Shown in pieces: positions 17,824-29,199 of a stretch of 64,000 nt of DNA. This stretch comes from an uncultured bacterium. GTDB lineage: Bacteria > Desulfobacterota_D > UBA1144 > Nemesobacterales > UBA2774. The stretch covers positions 352,001 to 416,000 of the forward strand of contig CAVPJU010000010.1 of NCBI GenBank assembly GCA_963705505.1, written 5' to 3'. Within the stretch, counting starts at the first letter, position 1; each line of letters begins with the position of its first letter. Position numbers and translations under genes: made by a program. Under the pieces are notes generated by a model. It was given only the letters and a program-made list of their open reading frames with translations, was not told where the DNA came from and ran no database searches.

Positions 17824-19854
17824 CTACGTTCCCCTCGCGCTGAGCTTTTCCAGAACGTAGCCGATCATGCTATCCCTCCTGACATACCCCTCGACATGCA
17901 GATTGGACAGGTCGTCCACGACGGGGACCCATTTGATGCTGCGCTCCCGCATGGTGCCCGCGACAACGGTGCTCGAATCGTTCATTGTGACGCACACCGG
18001 CGTTTGATTCATAAATTCGTGGACACTGGCCTTGGGCCTCACTCCCGCGTCCACCGCGCGGAAGATATCGGTGCGGGTCACTATGCCCCTGAGCTTGTTC
18101 CCGTCATCGACGACGCAGCAGAAGTCCATATCGTCCGCGCACAAGTTCCTGACAGCGTCCTGGAAAGTATTGTCGGGCGATAGCGTGACCGAAAGCGGTT
18201 TGATAAAAGTGCTGAGCGGCTGTGCCTGCAGTATCGCGAATGCCGCCGGTATGCGCTGCCAGATATCGCTGCTCCTCCTCCTCACGGCGTCGGCAACGAA
18301 TTCCCTGAAAGGCGCAAGCGTGCCGGATATCTGCTGGAACACCTTCTTACCCATTACGGTGAGCTCCACATTGGTCCTCGCACGGACGCTCGACTTACGG
18401 TTCCGGTTCTCGAGGAGCGCCATCTCGCCGAAGAAATCGCCCGTGCCCAGTATTGCTATTATCATCTCGGTCCCGTCTTCGGGGGATTTTCTTACTACCT
18501 CGACCTCGCCCGACTCGATTATGTAAAAATTATTGGACGGGTCTCCCTCTTTAAATACATAGTCGCCCGGCTGAAGATGGGCCTTCGATATCCTCTCCGT
18601 CTGATCCCCTTTGGGATGGGCGAGGTCGCGGGAGTAGAATATCTCCCACGCCCAGTCGAACCCGACCTTAAGCTGATGCGAAAGGGTCGGCAGCTTAAAC
18701 AAATAAACGGAGCGCCACAGGAACCAGGCCATGAACCCGGATATATGGAACCCGAGGAATTCAGCGACGGCATTATGACCGCCGATAGCGCACAGCTGCC
18801 CGAGCAATTTGAAGCGGAATGGCTTCGTCTCCTGTCCTTTCAATACACTGATGATATTATTCGCCGCCTGTCTGCCCTGTCTCTCCGCAAACTGGCCTGT
18901 CGTCGGGCTCGGCATTTTGTCATAATCGTTGACGATAAAGGCGCAGTCCCCTATCGCCCACATATTCTGACACCCCTTAACCCTCATATCGGGATCGGTT
19001 ATGATCCTCCCCTTATCCTTCGGAATATCAAGCTTCTCAATCATCGGAGAGGGGGCAGTGCCGACCGTGCATACGATCGTCGCGCCCTCCATGATGCTGC
19101 CGTCGTCCAGGCCGACGCCATCCGCCGTGACGAATTTCGCACGCTTGTTCAATAAGATCTTGATGCCCGCCTGCTCCATCTTTATCCTTGCGAAATCCCG
19201 GAGATCCGAGGTCACCTCCGGTAAGATCTGGTCCCGCGAATGGACGAGCGTAACCTTTATCTCCTCTTTGGGAATATTCCTGTAATACCTGTACGTATCC
19301 CGGACGAGGTCGTTTATTTCCCCCGCCACCTCAACGCCGCTGAAACCGCCGCCGACTATTACGAACGAAAGATACCACCGCCTGAGATCGACGTTATCCG
19401 CGATTTCGGCGTTCTCCATCTGCTGCAGCACATGGTACCGGAGGGCGACCGCGTCCCCGATGGTCTTGAGAGGGAAGGCATGGTCGGCCATACCGGGTAT
19501 GAGACCGAGGTTAACGTCGGAGCCGCATGCGATGACGAGGTGGTCGTAGTACATCATGCCCTTGACACCGCGGTCTCCGATGAACTCTACATAATTGTTA
19601 TTTACATCTATATGGCTTATATCCTCGGTCCTGCAGTAAACTCCGGGAAGCATCTGTCTCAGAGGAACGGCGACAGGCTCGGGGCTTATAGACGCTCCTA
19701 CAACCTCCGCAAGCAGGGGCTGAAAAACCATGTAATTCTCGCAGTTGAAAAGCACTACGTCCGCCTCACGCCTTGCCAGTTGACCGCGAAGGGTTTTGGC
19801 GCATTTGACTCCTGCGAATCCGCCGCCGATTATGAGTATCTGTTTCCTCGCCAT
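17824..19854 (-). CDS. Type II NADH dehydrogenase-family flavoprotein fused to cNMP-binding and CBS-pair domains
   Basis: GGGFAG and GGGFSGVE Rossmann motifs, WAIGDCA, AERQG; cNMP domain (GDFFGEMALL...RKSSVRA); CBS pair (GIVTRTDI, VPVVDD). Confidence 0.9.
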   Translation of the reverse strand: MARKQILIIGGGFAGVKCAKTLRGQLARREADVVLFNCENYMVFQPLLAEVVGASISPEPVAVPLRQMLPGVYCRTEDISHIDVNNNYVEFIGDRGVKGMMYYDHLVIACGSDVNLGLIPGMADHAFPLKTIGDAVALRYHVLQQMENAEIADNVDLRRWYLSFVIVGGGFSGVEVAGEINDLVRDTYRYYRNIPKEEIKVTLVHSRDQILPEVTSDLRDFARIKMEQAGIKILLNKRAKFVTADGVGLDDGSIMEGATIVCTVGTAPSPMIEKLDIPKDKGRIITDPDMRVKGCQNMWAIGDCAFIVNDYDKMPSPTTGQFAERQGRQAANNIISVLKGQETKPFRFKLLGQLCAIGGHNAVAEFLGFHISGFMAWFLWRSVYLFKLPTLSHQLKVGFDWAWEIFYSRDLAHPKGDQTERISKAHLQPGDYVFKEGDPSNNFYIIESGEVEVVRKSPEDGTEMIIAILGTGDFFGEMALLENRNRKSSVRARTNVELTVMGKKVFQQISGTLAPFREFVADAVRRRSSDIWQRIPAAFAILQAQPLSTFIKPLSVTLSPDNTFQDAVRNLCADDMDFCCVVDDGNKLRGIVTRTDIFRAVDAGVRPKASVHEFMNQTPVCVTMNDSSTVVAGTMRERSIKWVPVVDDLSNLHVEGYVRRDSMIGYVLEKLSARGT

Positions 19855-19998
19855 GTATATACGCTCCGTCCGCCTATCGTAACATATCGGTATTAATTTA
19901 ATGTTAAGGATAACGCTAAAATAAACGTTAAAGAAACCGCTCCCCGGTTACAGCGCTTCACATGGTGTGCCTGAGAGAGCCGACCTCCGGACGGGATT

Positions 19999-20865
19999 CT
20001 ATTCCGCACGCCCGAGGTTTACCGGAAGCTCGAAGCCAGACCTTTTACCGCTTTTATCCGTATAAACTATAAGCGTTTCCAGCTCAGTCCCGGAGGTCCC
20101 CTTCGACTCCAGTTTCTTTACATCGAAACTGATGGAGGTTTTACCGCCGCTCTTATCACTCTCAACGACTATATTATTAACGATGAACAAATTGCCGGTC
20201 ACCGGATAGAGATCAACGCCGCTCACGCCGTCAGCGGAATCCAGAAGGATGCTGACGGAGGTTTCATTTCCATCCTTTGCGGACGATTTAACTCCAATCT
20301 TAAAAGGGGGCTTGTTTCCTGAATAGTTCACGGGCAATCTAGACCGCCACTCCGAGAACAAAGCCGCATTTACACCTTCCGAAGTATCGGAAACAGGGAG
20401 CTCGAGCTCGAGCTTGGCCCTGCCGGGGATACAGATATCCTTGCAGCTGACCCACGACACATTTCCCTCGATCTCGACAGTAGAGCCGGATTTGAGACCG
20501 GGAGGAGCCGTTACCACGACGGAGAGCAAAAGAGAATCCTCATAGCCGTAATCGGTTAAATTACCCGCCCCCTTCAATATAGAAGGCACAGGCCACCTGA
20601 TGCCGCCAACCTGAAATCCCTGAGGAAGCTCGAATTCGACCGATGTGGGAAGACCCGAATCTCCCGGGTTCTTCCAGTATATATGCCAGCGGGGATCGAT
20701 CTCGAGCAAGACCGCGAGCTCGAACGACGCCCCGGGGCTAATTGCCGAAACATCAGCGATAATCTTTGCCTTTACAGGTTTGTGCTCCTCTTCGGCTTTC
20801 CCGCTTATTACGAACGCCGATAACACGAACAACACCGAAAGAAGGACCATAGCGTATCTAGCCAT
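19999..20865 (-). CDS. Protein-disulfide reductase DsbD N-terminal-domain protein
   Basis: Signal peptide, WHIYWKNPGDSGLP, WVSCKDICIPG. Start placed at the ATG with a GGAG RBS; the ORF is open to 20922. Confidence 0.85.
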   Translation of the reverse strand: MARYAMVLLSVLFVLSAFVISGKAEEEHKPVKAKIIADVSAISPGASFELAVLLEIDPRWHIYWKNPGDSGLPTSVEFELPQGFQVGGIRWPVPSILKGAGNLTDYGYEDSLLLSVVVTAPPGLKSGSTVEIEGNVSWVSCKDICIPGRAKLELELPVSDTSEGVNAALFSEWRSRLPVNYSGNKPPFKIGVKSSAKDGNETSVSILLDSADGVSGVDLYPVTGNLFIVNNIVVESDKSGGKTSISFDVKKLESKGTSGTELETLIVYTDKSGKRSGFELPVNLGRAE

Positions 20866-20927
20866 TATATTCTCCGTTAGATATCTCCGCGACGGATAAT
20901 GAAAATCCGGCGCTCTTCTCATGATTA

Positions 20928-21395
20928 TTATTTAAACCATTTTTCAGGCGATACCCTCACCGCAAGGACCTCTCCGTGCGCACACTTATCTTCCCCTGAA
21001 AAAAGCCCGCACGTCACAAAGGATTTCTTTCCCTCCCTCTTTTCCACCCTCGCCCTGAGAGTTACCGCTCCGAAAATGGGGGTCGGCTTGTGATAATCGA
21101 CCTTCATCGATGCCGTAACGTACCAGATAAAGGGCTCGCTGTTCAGCTCCCTCCCCTCCTCCCTGTACGCGTCCGCAATCGCGGTGCAGATGGAATGGCA
21201 GTCGATTATAGTTGCGATTATCCCGCCGTTCAGGTATTCATCGGGGCCCGCCTTGTGGCTGATAGACGGTAAGAAGACGGAAAGAGATTCATCCCCTTCC
21301 CAGCGGCTCTTTAGATGGAGCCCGTGCTCGTTCCCGCTCCCGCAGCCCCAGCACTTGTTTTTTTCCCAGTAATCCTGAAAGGCTTTCCCGCTCAT
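20928..21395 (-). CDS. PaaI-family hotdog thioesterase
   Basis: CWGCG..N.HGL, LNGGIIATIIDCH and VTASMKVDYHKPTP motifs. Confidence 0.9.
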   Translation of the reverse strand: MSGKAFQDYWEKNKCWGCGSGNEHGLHLKSRWEGDESLSVFLPSISHKAGPDEYLNGGIIATIIDCHSICTAIADAYREEGRELNSEPFIWYVTASMKVDYHKPTPIFGAVTLRARVEKREGKKSFVTCGLFSGEDKCAHGEVLAVRVSPEKWFK

Positions 21396-21433
21396 GCCGC
21401 AATCTCCTTGTACGTATTTGGTCAGTAGTAACC

Positions 21434-22534
21434 TTACCGCTTAACTTGCCTCTGCTCCGCTCTTCCGCCTCTTATGTGAAACACCTTCATTTCGCCTTTG
21501 AGCCGGACCTCCCCGAGACTTGTGGATGTAATGAATATCTGTCCAGGGAAGCCGTCGAGAAGGCCGAAGAGGAAACCTTTTCTCCTCTCGTCAAGCTCGC
21601 TCGTTACGTCGTCGAGAAGCAGGATCGGGGTTTTGCCGAGCGAGGTTTTTACGAGGTCTATCTCGGACGCCTTCAATGCGAGAGCGAGGTTCTTCGCCTC
21701 CCCCTGGGACGCGAAAACGGATGCGTCTCTCCCCCCTATCGTGAACCCCACGAGGTCCCTGTGGGGGCCGAGGGTCGTATGCCCCCGCCTCATGTCCTTC
21801 TCGAACCTCGCCGACAGCTCTTTTTTGAACCCTTCCTCAAGGCTCTCCGTCACTCCGAATGAACATCTGTACTGAATGCCCACATCGGCGTCCTCACCGG
21901 ACGTTAGCTTATATATCCGATTTAAATGGGGAGTAATCTTCTCTATGTATCTTATACGCCTCAATACGACGTGGCTCCCGGTCTCGGCAAGCTTTTCATC
22001 CCAGACCTCGAGCTTCCGGGGGGTGAGCGCCGAGGCTTTCGCCAGGACCGCATTCCTCTGGAGGAGCGATCTGTGGTAAAGCTTAAGGTCGCGCAGATGA
22101 GCGGGCTCAAGAGCGCAGATGAGCGCGTCCAGATACCTCCTTCTCCCCTGGGGACTCCCCTTGACCAGATCGAGGTCGGAGGGGAGGAAGGATACCACGC
22201 TATACCTGCCCAGGACCCTGGACGTCTTGTAAACTATCTTTCCGTTGAGCTTGAGCGTCTTTTTTTCACCGCTCAGGAGCACGTGCACCTCATCGAGTCC
22301 CGCATCGGACTCGACTTCGCCTTTAATCCTGCACTCTGTCGCGCCGAAGCTTATAAGCTCCCCGAGCTTCACCTGCTTGAAGGGTCTCCACATCAGGAGG
22401 AGGTGTATAGCCTCGAGCAGGTTTGTTTTTCCCTGAGCGTTATCACCGTATACAACATTGATTTTTTCGTGGAATGAAAAGCTCTCGGCCGTATAGGACC
22501 TGAAGTTTCTGAGTATTAAGGATTTTAGTATCAC
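21434..22534 (-). CDS. recF: DNA replication and repair protein RecF
   Basis: NFRSY, Walker A GDNAQGKTNLLEA, GPHRDL, ASQG, PILLLDDVTSELD. Confidence 0.97.
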   Translation of the reverse strand: MILKSLILRNFRSYTAESFSFHEKINVVYGDNAQGKTNLLEAIHLLLMWRPFKQVKLGELISFGATECRIKGEVESDAGLDEVHVLLSGEKKTLKLNGKIVYKTSRVLGRYSVVSFLPSDLDLVKGSPQGRRRYLDALICALEPAHLRDLKLYHRSLLQRNAVLAKASALTPRKLEVWDEKLAETGSHVVLRRIRYIEKITPHLNRIYKLTSGEDADVGIQYRCSFGVTESLEEGFKKELSARFEKDMRRGHTTLGPHRDLVGFTIGGRDASVFASQGEAKNLALALKASEIDLVKTSLGKTPILLLDDVTSELDERRKGFLFGLLDGFPGQIFITSTSLGEVRLKGEMKVFHIRGGRAEQRQVKR

Positions 22535-22655
22535 GAGAACATTATGATATATGAATTTGAAAAATTATAATAAAGAAGAACGGTTTATTCAATCGATATG
22601 ATGGATTACCAAAATTTTCTTGACCCTAAAAAGTGTGAACGGTATTATCTCTCCT

Positions 22656-24809
22656 ATGATAGCTCTTAAGATATGCGACTTGGCAAAGAAGGACGAGGGC
22701 AAGGGTTTCGCACGCTTAAACCCCGGAGATATGCAGGAGATCGGTGTTGATTCATGGGACCTCGTCGAGATCGGGGGGAAAAGAAAGACAGTGGTGCGCG
22801 TCATGCCGCTCGACAAATCCCTTGCCGACAAATCGATAATACAGATAGACGGAATAACCAGGGAAAACGCCCGCGTGGAACTGGACGAGCACGTATTCGT
22901 CAAAAAGATCGACAACAAATCGGCTACGAAAGTAGTGCTCGCACCGAGAAACAACGACTTATTGTATAACGGGAACGAGAACAAATACTTGCTCGACAGG
23001 CTGGACGGCTACCCCATCACCGTGGGCGATAAGATCCGTATCAAGCTCCCGAACACCGGGCTCGAGGACTTCCAGGTTATCGGCGTGATACCGTCGAATT
23101 CATCTATAATAAGGGCGTCGACTAAACTGGACATAAAAAGAAAGCCGAGGATCAAGTTTGACAGCTCCCGCGTGAGCTTTCAGGACATCGGCGGGCTTAA
23201 GGAACAGATAACCAAGGTAAGGGAAATTGTGGAGCTGCCGCTCAGGTACCCTCTGCTTTTCGATAAGCTCGGGATAGACCCCCCGAGGGGTATCCTCCTC
23301 GTAGGACCCCCGGGGAGCGGGAAAACGCTCCTGGCAAAGGCCGTCGCGCACGAGACGAACGCCAACTTCCAGGTAATAAACGGCCCCGAGATAATGCACA
23401 AATTTTACGGGGAGAGTGAAGCAAGGCTCCGCGATATATTCGAGATCGCGACCAGGAACCAGCCGTCCATAATATTCCTCGACGAGCTCGACGCCATCGC
23501 TCCGAAGAGGGATAAAGTCTCGGGGGACGTGGAAAAAAGAATAGTCTCCCAGCTGCTGTCGCTCATGGACGGCCTCAAGCACAGGGGAAATATCGTCGTC
23601 ATAGGCGCAACGAACCTCCCCTCGGCAATCGACCCCGCTCTCAGAAGGCCCGGGAGGTTCGACAGGGAAGTGATGCTGGACGTACCCGACAGGAACGGCA
23701 GGGCGCAGATACTTGAGGTGCACACGCGCGGGATGCCCCTTGAAGATGACATCGACCTCGAGCGGCTTGCGGATCTGACGCATGGGTTCGTGGGCGCCGA
23801 TATAGAGAACCTGTGCCGGGAAGCGGCGATGAAATCGCTCAGGAAGTCCCTCCCCGATTACGATGACGGCGAAGAAGGGCTCATGTTTAATAACGGGAAT
23901 ATCACGCCCATAAAGGTGGAAATGAGCGACTTCATGGACGCGCTCAAGGAAGTGGAGCCTTCGGCGATAAGGGAGATATTCGTCGAGATATCGAAGGTTA
24001 CGTGGGACGACATAGGAGGGCTTAAAGAAATAAAGGATAAGCTCGTAGAGGCCGTGATATGGCCTATAGTGCACAAGGACCTCTTCGAAATTACGGATAC
24101 AAAAGCGCCCAAGGGGATACTCCTCTGCGGTCCGCCGGGGACGGGAAAAACGCTCCTGGCGAAAGCGCTCGCCAACCAGAGCGGCGCAAATTTCATCTCA
24201 GTCAAGGGAGCGGAGCTCCTTTCCAAGTACGTGGGCGAGTCTGAGCAGGCGGTGAGGGAGGTGTTTAAGAAAGCGAAGCAGGTGGCCCCGTGTATCGTGT
24301 TCTTTGACGAGATAGACGCGCTCGCGCCTCCGCGGAGGGAATCGGACGGCACGCGCGTATCCGAGAGGGTCGTAAGCCAGCTGCTCACGGAAATGGACGG
24401 AGTCGAGGACCTGAGGGAGGTCTTAATACTGGCGGCGACGAACAGGATCGACATCGTCGACCCGGCCCTTCTGCGCTCGGGAAGGTTCGACCTCATCCTC
24501 AACATACCCTATCCGGACGAGAACGAGATCTATGAGATCCTCAAGATCCACACACGCGGAAAGCCGATAGCAAAGGACGCCAAATTAAAGGAAATCGCCG
24601 CTAAAACATCGGGGCTCTCCGGAGCCGATATAATGCTCCTCTGTCAGAGGGCATCCATAATCGCAATAAGGGAGCACCTCCAGAACAGGAAACGTACTCT
24701 GAGGATTACGGAGAGGCATTTCGACGAAGCGCTTAACGAAATAAAGAGCAAGATCATCGCGAATGTAAACTTCAATATCGAGCGCCCGGAAATCAAGAGT
24801 GTCCAGTAG
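22656..24809 (+). CDS. CDC48/VCP (p97/VAT)-family AAA+ ATPase
   Basis: N-domain ([11 protein letters not shown]) plus two AAA modules (GPPGSGKT and [13 protein letters not shown] and [14 protein letters not shown] and ALLRSGRFD). The ORF is open from a TTG at 22620. Confidence 0.95.
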   Translation: MIALKICDLAKKDEGKGFARLNPGDMQEIGVDSWDLVEIGGKRKTVVRVMPLDKSLADKSIIQIDGITRENARVELDEHVFVKKIDNKSATKVVLAPRNNDLLYNGNENKYLLDRLDGYPITVGDKIRIKLPNTGLEDFQVIGVIPSNSSIIRASTKLDIKRKPRIKFDSSRVSFQDIGGLKEQITKVREIVELPLRYPLLFDKLGIDPPRGILLVGPPGSGKTLLAKAVAHETNANFQVINGPEIMHKFYGESEARLRDIFEIATRNQPSIIFLDELDAIAPKRDKVSGDVEKRIVSQLLSLMDGLKHRGNIVVIGATNLPSAIDPALRRPGRFDREVMLDVPDRNGRAQILEVHTRGMPLEDDIDLERLADLTHGFVGADIENLCREAAMKSLRKSLPDYDDGEEGLMFNNGNITPIKVEMSDFMDALKEVEPSAIREIFVEISKVTWDDIGGLKEIKDKLVEAVIWPIVHKDLFEITDTKAPKGILLCGPPGTGKTLLAKALANQSGANFISVKGAELLSKYVGESEQAVREVFKKAKQVAPCIVFFDEIDALAPPRRESDGTRVSERVVSQLLTEMDGVEDLREVLILAATNRIDIVDPALLRSGRFDLILNIPYPDENEIYEILKIHTRGKPIAKDAKLKEIAAKTSGLSGADIMLLCQRASIIAIREHLQNRKRTLRITERHFDEALNEIKSKIIANVNFNIERPEIKSVQ

Positions 24810-25632
24810 AGAAGTCCTTCTATATTTATTTTCATTCATACTGGGATCGGTCGTAGGCAGTTTTCTTAACGTATGCATATACAGGCTGCCGAGGGAAGAA
24901 TCCATCGTCTATCCTCCCTCCCGCTGCACATCGTGCGGAAGCGGGATCAGGTTTTACCACAATATACCGATACTGGGCTATCTGATATTAAAGGGCAGGT
25001 GCGCGGACTGCGGTCAGGCGATATCGCCCCGGTATCCGGTCGTCGAATTCATATCGGGCGTCGCGCTCTCAGGGACGTTCTTTAGATTCGGCTTCTCTCT
25101 CGATACTTTATTTTATACGATACTAATATACATGCTCATCGTCATAACCCTCATCGACCTCAAGCACATGATCATCCCCAATGTCATAACGGTCCCGGGC
25201 GCTGTAATCGGCTTACTGTATAACGCGCTGATGACGGACTGGGAAAGGAGCAGGGACCTCCTGGGAGCATTCAGCTTCAGTCTCGAGAATTTCTTCGGAG
25301 TATTGAACGAGGTCCCGTTCCTCGACTCGGTATTCGGGCTCATAATCGGCGGCGGACTGTTATTCCTCGTCGCTTTCCTCTACGTTATTATCCGAAAGAC
25401 GGAGGGGATGGGCATGGGGGACGTGAAGCTCCTCGCGATGATAGGGGCCTTCCTCGGGTGGAAAGGCGTGGTATTCGTCATGCTCGTGAGCTCCCTTCTC
25501 GGAACCCTGACCGGTCTGGCCATAATCCTCTATAAAAAAGGGGACCTTAAATACGCCCTGCCCTTCGGCCCTTTCTTATCCATTGCCGCCGTAATTTACA
25601 TCTTCACGGGCGGCTTCAGGCTCATAAATTAG
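24799..25632 (+). CDS. pilD: Prepilin peptidase / N-methyltransferase
   Basis: GSFLNVCIYRLP, two CxxC pairs, IDLKHMIIP, GMGMGDVKL, PFGPFL. Confidence 0.95.
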   Translation: MSSREVLLYLFSFILGSVVGSFLNVCIYRLPREESIVYPPSRCTSCGSGIRFYHNIPILGYLILKGRCADCGQAISPRYPVVEFISGVALSGTFFRFGFSLDTLFYTILIYMLIVITLIDLKHMIIPNVITVPGAVIGLLYNALMTDWERSRDLLGAFSFSLENFFGVLNEVPFLDSVFGLIIGGGLLFLVAFLYVIIRKTEGMGMGDVKLLAMIGAFLGWKGVVFVMLVSSLLGTLTGLAIILYKKGDLKYALPFGPFLSIAAVIYIFTGGFRLIN

Positions 25633-25727
25633 TTACCACTGCGGCGCAAAAAGGAACTAAACTTAGTGCAGACGTATAGTCTTCGTAAGCACATCTACGA
25701 ATGTGTCTGTATAGTTGCGCCGAAAAT

Positions 25728-27233
25728 ATGCGACAGATAGGGCTCAGAGCGGAAATACTCGTAAACATCCTTTTCATAACCGCCGTTGCAATGTTCCTCA
25801 TAGGCATCATTGCATTCAAACTGACGGAGAGGTCAGCCGTCCAGGGGAAGATAGAAAGCGTCAACACGATAATAACAGCGCTCGAGGATTCGTACCTCAA
25901 GAAAAACGATATCGCGGGGGGCATCGGATTCTTAAAAGGGGTGCTCAACCCCGGGGCGTGGGGTGTTATAGCGGCAAGCGGTGAGAGAGTCTATTTCAGG
26001 ACATCCGACGGAAAGGACGAAGGGAGCGAGACAGACCCGCTCATCCTCGAGGCGATGAGGACGGGCAGCAGGGTTACCGAAATAGAAGGTGTAAACATAC
26101 CCCCGCTCTCTTCATACGAAGGTATCAAGATCGCAACGCCGGTCAGGATCTCGGGAAATCCGGGAGGGGTCCTTCTCATTTACCAGCCGCTCTCGACGTT
26201 TGAAGATAACATGGCGCTGAGCCAGAGGCTCATAGCGCTCTGGATAATTGTGTTTCTGGTCATAATAGCCCTCTTCGGGTTCTACATACTTTCCAGGAGA
26301 ATAGTTAAGCCGGTACACGAGCTCATAAAAACGACCGAGAAGATCGGGGGAGGCAGGTTCCCCGAGCATGCGGAGATCGGGAACGTCAAGGAGATAAACC
26401 AGCTATATTCGGCGCTCCGTGTCATGTTCGAAGAGATAGAGAGCGGGAAAAGGAAGCTGAAAGACAAGATCGGAGAGCTCGAAGAGACGAACGCCGAACT
26501 CAAATTGACCCAGAAGGAGCTGATAGCCGCGGAAAAGCTCGCCTCGCTGGGACAGCTTTCGGCAGGAGTGGCGCACGAGATCGGGAACCCCCTATCCGCT
26601 ATTAAGGGTTATGCAGACGTGCTCAAGAGGGCTCCCGATATGGATAACGACAAAAGGATGGGCTTCATCGGCGATATACAGAGGGAAGTCGACAGGGTGG
26701 ATAAGATCATAAGAACGCTCCTCGATTACTCCCGTCCGAGAAAAAGCTCTCCCCAGGTCGTAAACGTAAATCAGGTAATTAAAGACACCGCGGACATAGT
26801 GAGGAGTCAGGGGGTATTGAAAAACATATCGCTCAATCTCGAGCTGTCGGAGGAGACGCCGTCAATAATAGCCGACCCCGGGCAGCTCTCTCAGGTCATA
26901 ATCAACCTCATCCTGAACTCCAAGGACGCAATGACCGATTCGGGAGAAATCGTCATTTCAACGGCTGGCGACGGGGAATCACGCGTAATAATCTCCGTCA
27001 GAGATAACGGCAAGGGCATACCGAGAGAAATACTCGATAAAATATTCGACCCCTTTTTTACGACGAAGGACCCCGGACACGGCACGGGACTGGGCCTCTC
27101 GGTCTCCGCCAGGATCGTGGAGGCGTTCGAAGGCAGTATCCAGGTCGAGAGCGCGGAGGGAGAAGGGTCTCTTTTCAGGATGATTTTCCCGGCTGTAAGA
27201 GGTTATAAGAATGCAGAGAATTTTGGTAATTGA
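25728..27233 (+). CDS. Membrane HAMP-domain sensor histidine kinase (NtrB/PilS-like)
   Basis: Two TM helices, HAMP, H-box AHEIGNPL, N/G boxes (NLILNSKDA, DNGKG, PFFTTK, GTGLGL). Confidence 0.93.
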   Translation: MRQIGLRAEILVNILFITAVAMFLIGIIAFKLTERSAVQGKIESVNTIITALEDSYLKKNDIAGGIGFLKGVLNPGAWGVIAASGERVYFRTSDGKDEGSETDPLILEAMRTGSRVTEIEGVNIPPLSSYEGIKIATPVRISGNPGGVLLIYQPLSTFEDNMALSQRLIALWIIVFLVIIALFGFYILSRRIVKPVHELIKTTEKIGGGRFPEHAEIGNVKEINQLYSALRVMFEEIESGKRKLKDKIGELEETNAELKLTQKELIAAEKLASLGQLSAGVAHEIGNPLSAIKGYADVLKRAPDMDNDKRMGFIGDIQREVDRVDKIIRTLLDYSRPRKSSPQVVNVNQVIKDTADIVRSQGVLKNISLNLELSEETPSIIADPGQLSQVIINLILNSKDAMTDSGEIVISTAGDGESRVIISVRDNGKGIPREILDKIFDPFFTTKDPGHGTGLGLSVSARIVEAFEGSIQVESAEGEGSLFRMIFPAVRGYKNAENFGN

Positions 27234-28566
27234 CGACGAGAAAGGAATCCGCGATTCGCTGTCGCTCATACTCCATATGGAGGGGTATGAAGCGGAGAGC
27301 GTCGATAACGCGAAAACGGGGCTCGGACTTATCGACCGGGGCGGCAGGTACGATTTTATCATCTGCGATATAAAGCTCCCGGGAATGAGCGGAATGGAGT
27401 TCCTCGAAGAAATGCGGGAGAGGGACCTCGCATCGATCATTATCATGATCTCGGCTTACGGGACCGTAGAAAGCTCGATCGACGCTATAAAAAAGGGAGC
27501 CGACGACTATATAAATAAACCGATAAACCCTGAGGAGCTCATACTCAGGATGCGGATGGCTCAGGAAAGACAGCTCCTCAGGGTCAAAAATATATATCTG
27601 CAGAAAGAAATCGGCACACGCGGGGATTTCACAGACATAGTTTATGCGAGCGAAAAAATGGATGCCGTCATCAAGCTTTCCGAGAAGGCGTCCCAATTTA
27701 AAACCACCGTCCTCATATCCGGAGAAAGCGGGACGGGAAAGGAGCTCATCGCAAAGGCGATACATAACAGCAGCAGGAGAAAAGAGGCCCCGTTTATCGC
27801 GGTAAACTGCGCCGCAATCCCGGAGGCGCTCCTGGAGAGCGAGCTCTTCGGATACGTAAGGGGAGCGTTCAGCGGGGCCGACGGCTCGAAAAGAGGGTTA
27901 ATGGAAGAGGCCCACGGGGGAACTCTTTTTCTCGACGAGATCGGGGAATTCCCGCTCCCGCTTCAGCCGAAGCTCCTTCGCGTGCTCCAGGAGGAAGAGA
28001 TAAGGAGGCTCGGCGATACAAAGCTTATCAAAATAGACGTGAGAGTGATCGCAGCCACGTCCAGGGACCTCGATCACGAGGTTAAAAACGGAGGGTTCAG
28101 GAACGACCTGTATTACAGAATTAATGTCTTCCCCATATCCATACCCCCGCTCAGGGAGAGGAAGGAGGACATACCCCTCCTAGTACGCCATTTTATAGAC
28201 AAATACAACTGTGAGCTCAACCACAGGATTAAAGATGTAATGCCCGAAGTCATGTCGGAATTAATGAATTACGGCTGGCCCGGGAATGTGAGGGAGCTCG
28301 AGAACGCCGTCGAAAGGGCGATGATCCTCTGCGATTCCGATTATATAAGTCAGGTCGACGTCGGCGCCGCCGACTCGAAAGGGAGCTTCAGTCCGGGAAA
28401 CTGGATCAGTACGTTTACATACGACGAAGCAAGGAAGAGGATCGAAAGGGCTTACATCGAACAAGCTCTCTCGGACACCCGGGGTAACCGCACTAAAGCG
28501 GCAAAGATCCTCGGAATAAGCCGCCGCTCGCTGCTTTATAAGCTGAAAGAGCACGAGGAAACCTGA
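27211..28566 (+). CDS. Sigma54-dependent NtrC/PilR-type response regulator
   Basis: Receiver domain, GESGTGKE, GAFSGA (GAFTGA variant), WPGNVRELEN, Fis-type HTH. Confidence 0.95.
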   Translation: MQRILVIDDEKGIRDSLSLILHMEGYEAESVDNAKTGLGLIDRGGRYDFIICDIKLPGMSGMEFLEEMRERDLASIIIMISAYGTVESSIDAIKKGADDYINKPINPEELILRMRMAQERQLLRVKNIYLQKEIGTRGDFTDIVYASEKMDAVIKLSEKASQFKTTVLISGESGTGKELIAKAIHNSSRRKEAPFIAVNCAAIPEALLESELFGYVRGAFSGADGSKRGLMEEAHGGTLFLDEIGEFPLPLQPKLLRVLQEEEIRRLGDTKLIKIDVRVIAATSRDLDHEVKNGGFRNDLYYRINVFPISIPPLRERKEDIPLLVRHFIDKYNCELNHRIKDVMPEVMSELMNYGWPGNVRELENAVERAMILCDSDYISQVDVGAADSKGSFSPGNWISTFTYDEARKRIERAYIEQALSDTRGNRTKAAKILGISRRSLLYKLKEHEET

Positions 28567-28713
28567 GGCGAATCTGACACCCTGCATCGGCTAAATTGCC
28601 TCTTCGGGTAACTCGGGAAAGGATCAGGGTCGTGGGAGATTTATTCATCACGGCCGGTATGCAGGGTATGCTATATTGCAGGTGTTAATTCTATAAGCGA
28701 GGAATAAATCCAT

Positions 28714-29199
28714 ATGCAAAAAATCACACCGTTTTTGTGGTTCGATAACCAAGCCGAAGAGGCGGTTAATTTTTATACGTCCATTTTTAAAAATTCAAAG
28801 ATCGTGAAAGTTGTTCGTTATGACGAAGCAGGAGCAGCAGTCTCCGGAAGACAAAAGGGAACTGTAATGACCGTGGCATTTGAGCTCGAAGGACAAGAAT
28901 TCGTGGCGTTGAACGGCGGGCCGCATTTCACTTTCTCGCCAGCCATATCGTTCGTCGTCAACTGCGAGACGCAGGAAGAAGTAGACGAACTGTGGGAGAA
29001 GCTGTCAGAAGGCGGAGAAAAACAAAGGTGCGCCTGGCTTAAAGACAAGTACGGCGTGTCATGGCAAATCGTTCCCACCGTCCTGGTCGAGATGCTGCAG
29101 GACAAGGACCCCGAGAAATCGAAAAGGGTTATGAATGCGATGCTTCAGATGGATAAAATTGACATTGCAGGCCTCAAGCGGGCATACGCGCAAGAATAG
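28714..29199 (+). CDS. VOC / PhnB-like (3-demethylubiquinone-9 methyltransferase-like) protein
   Basis: [35 protein letters not shown]. Confidence 0.92.
   Translation: MQKITPFLWFDNQAEEAVNFYTSIFKNSKIVKVVRYDEAGAAVSGRQKGTVMTVAFELEGQEFVALNGGPHFTFSPAISFVVNCETQEEVDELWEKLSEGGEKQRCAWLKDKYGVSWQIVPTVLVEMLQDKDPEKSKRVMNAMLQMDKIDIAGLKRAYAQE

Noticed and set aside
23100..24505. Long antisense ORFs (324 aa, 215 aa) and similar shadows over other genes
   Set aside because: They lie opposite well-supported genes and have no recognisable motifs; typical codon-bias shadows.
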